From NCBI RefSeq assembly GCF_006345805.1, contig NC_042997.1:80724001-80788000 (forward strand): a stretch of DNA of 64,000 bases. Direction: 5' to 3'. Below the pieces are notes generated by a model, which ran no database searches, was not told the origin of the DNA, and saw only the letters and a list, made by a program, of their open reading frames with translations. This DNA comes from Octopus sinensis. Lineage: Eukaryota. The translations under genes were made by a program, and so were the position numbers. Every line of letters begins with the position of its first letter. Positions within the stretch are counted from its first letter, which is position 1. Of this stretch, positions 63,767-64,000 are shown piece by piece.

Positions 63767-64000
63767 TTGTTTATTTAAACAGCTGTTATCCTACAGAAGT
63801 CACTTGGTTAAATAAATATATACTCAACTATCAAACTTATTGACTTTATGTAATATATATGAGAATGAGTGAATGTGTGTGTGCATGTTCAACAACTGAC
63901 AACAATAAAATATGATTGTTGCAGTCTGAAGTAAATAATTCGGTAAATGCAGCTGTTCAACATAAAAAATGAATTGTAAACAACCAAATCATTATATTGT

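Overview
AT-rich, microsatellite-rich, repeat-dense eukaryotic DNA. The repeat families look like those I recall from Octopus genomes; this is inference, not checked. There is no prokaryotic operon, CRISPR array or rRNA, and no confidently identified host gene. The window is mostly mobile-element debris: a decayed CR1-group LINE (1-2.5 kb), two young RTE LINE copies (9.2-10.5 kb minus, 49.2-51.3 kb plus), four Tc1/mariner-superfamily remnants (DD34D with perfect TIRs, DD37D fragment, DD41D, a foldback mariner), a non-autonomous Helitron, hAT- and piggyBac-type MITEs, and many tRNA-derived SINEs. Several splice-signal-bounded open segments on the minus strand could be exons of an unidentified large-intron gene (low confidence). 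The most interesting signal is minimal hammerhead-ribozyme-like motifs of the Penelope-like-element (PLE) type in two short non-coding elements. One has a tRNA-derived Pol III head and an inverted partial copy of its own tail, suggesting a PLE-mobilised, ribozyme-bearing SINE. Also notable: a 297-bp inverted copy of local sequence 16 kb from its partner, modular RTE 3' UTRs, and a PHD-like finger in RTE ORF2. All identities and mismatch counts were made by eye.
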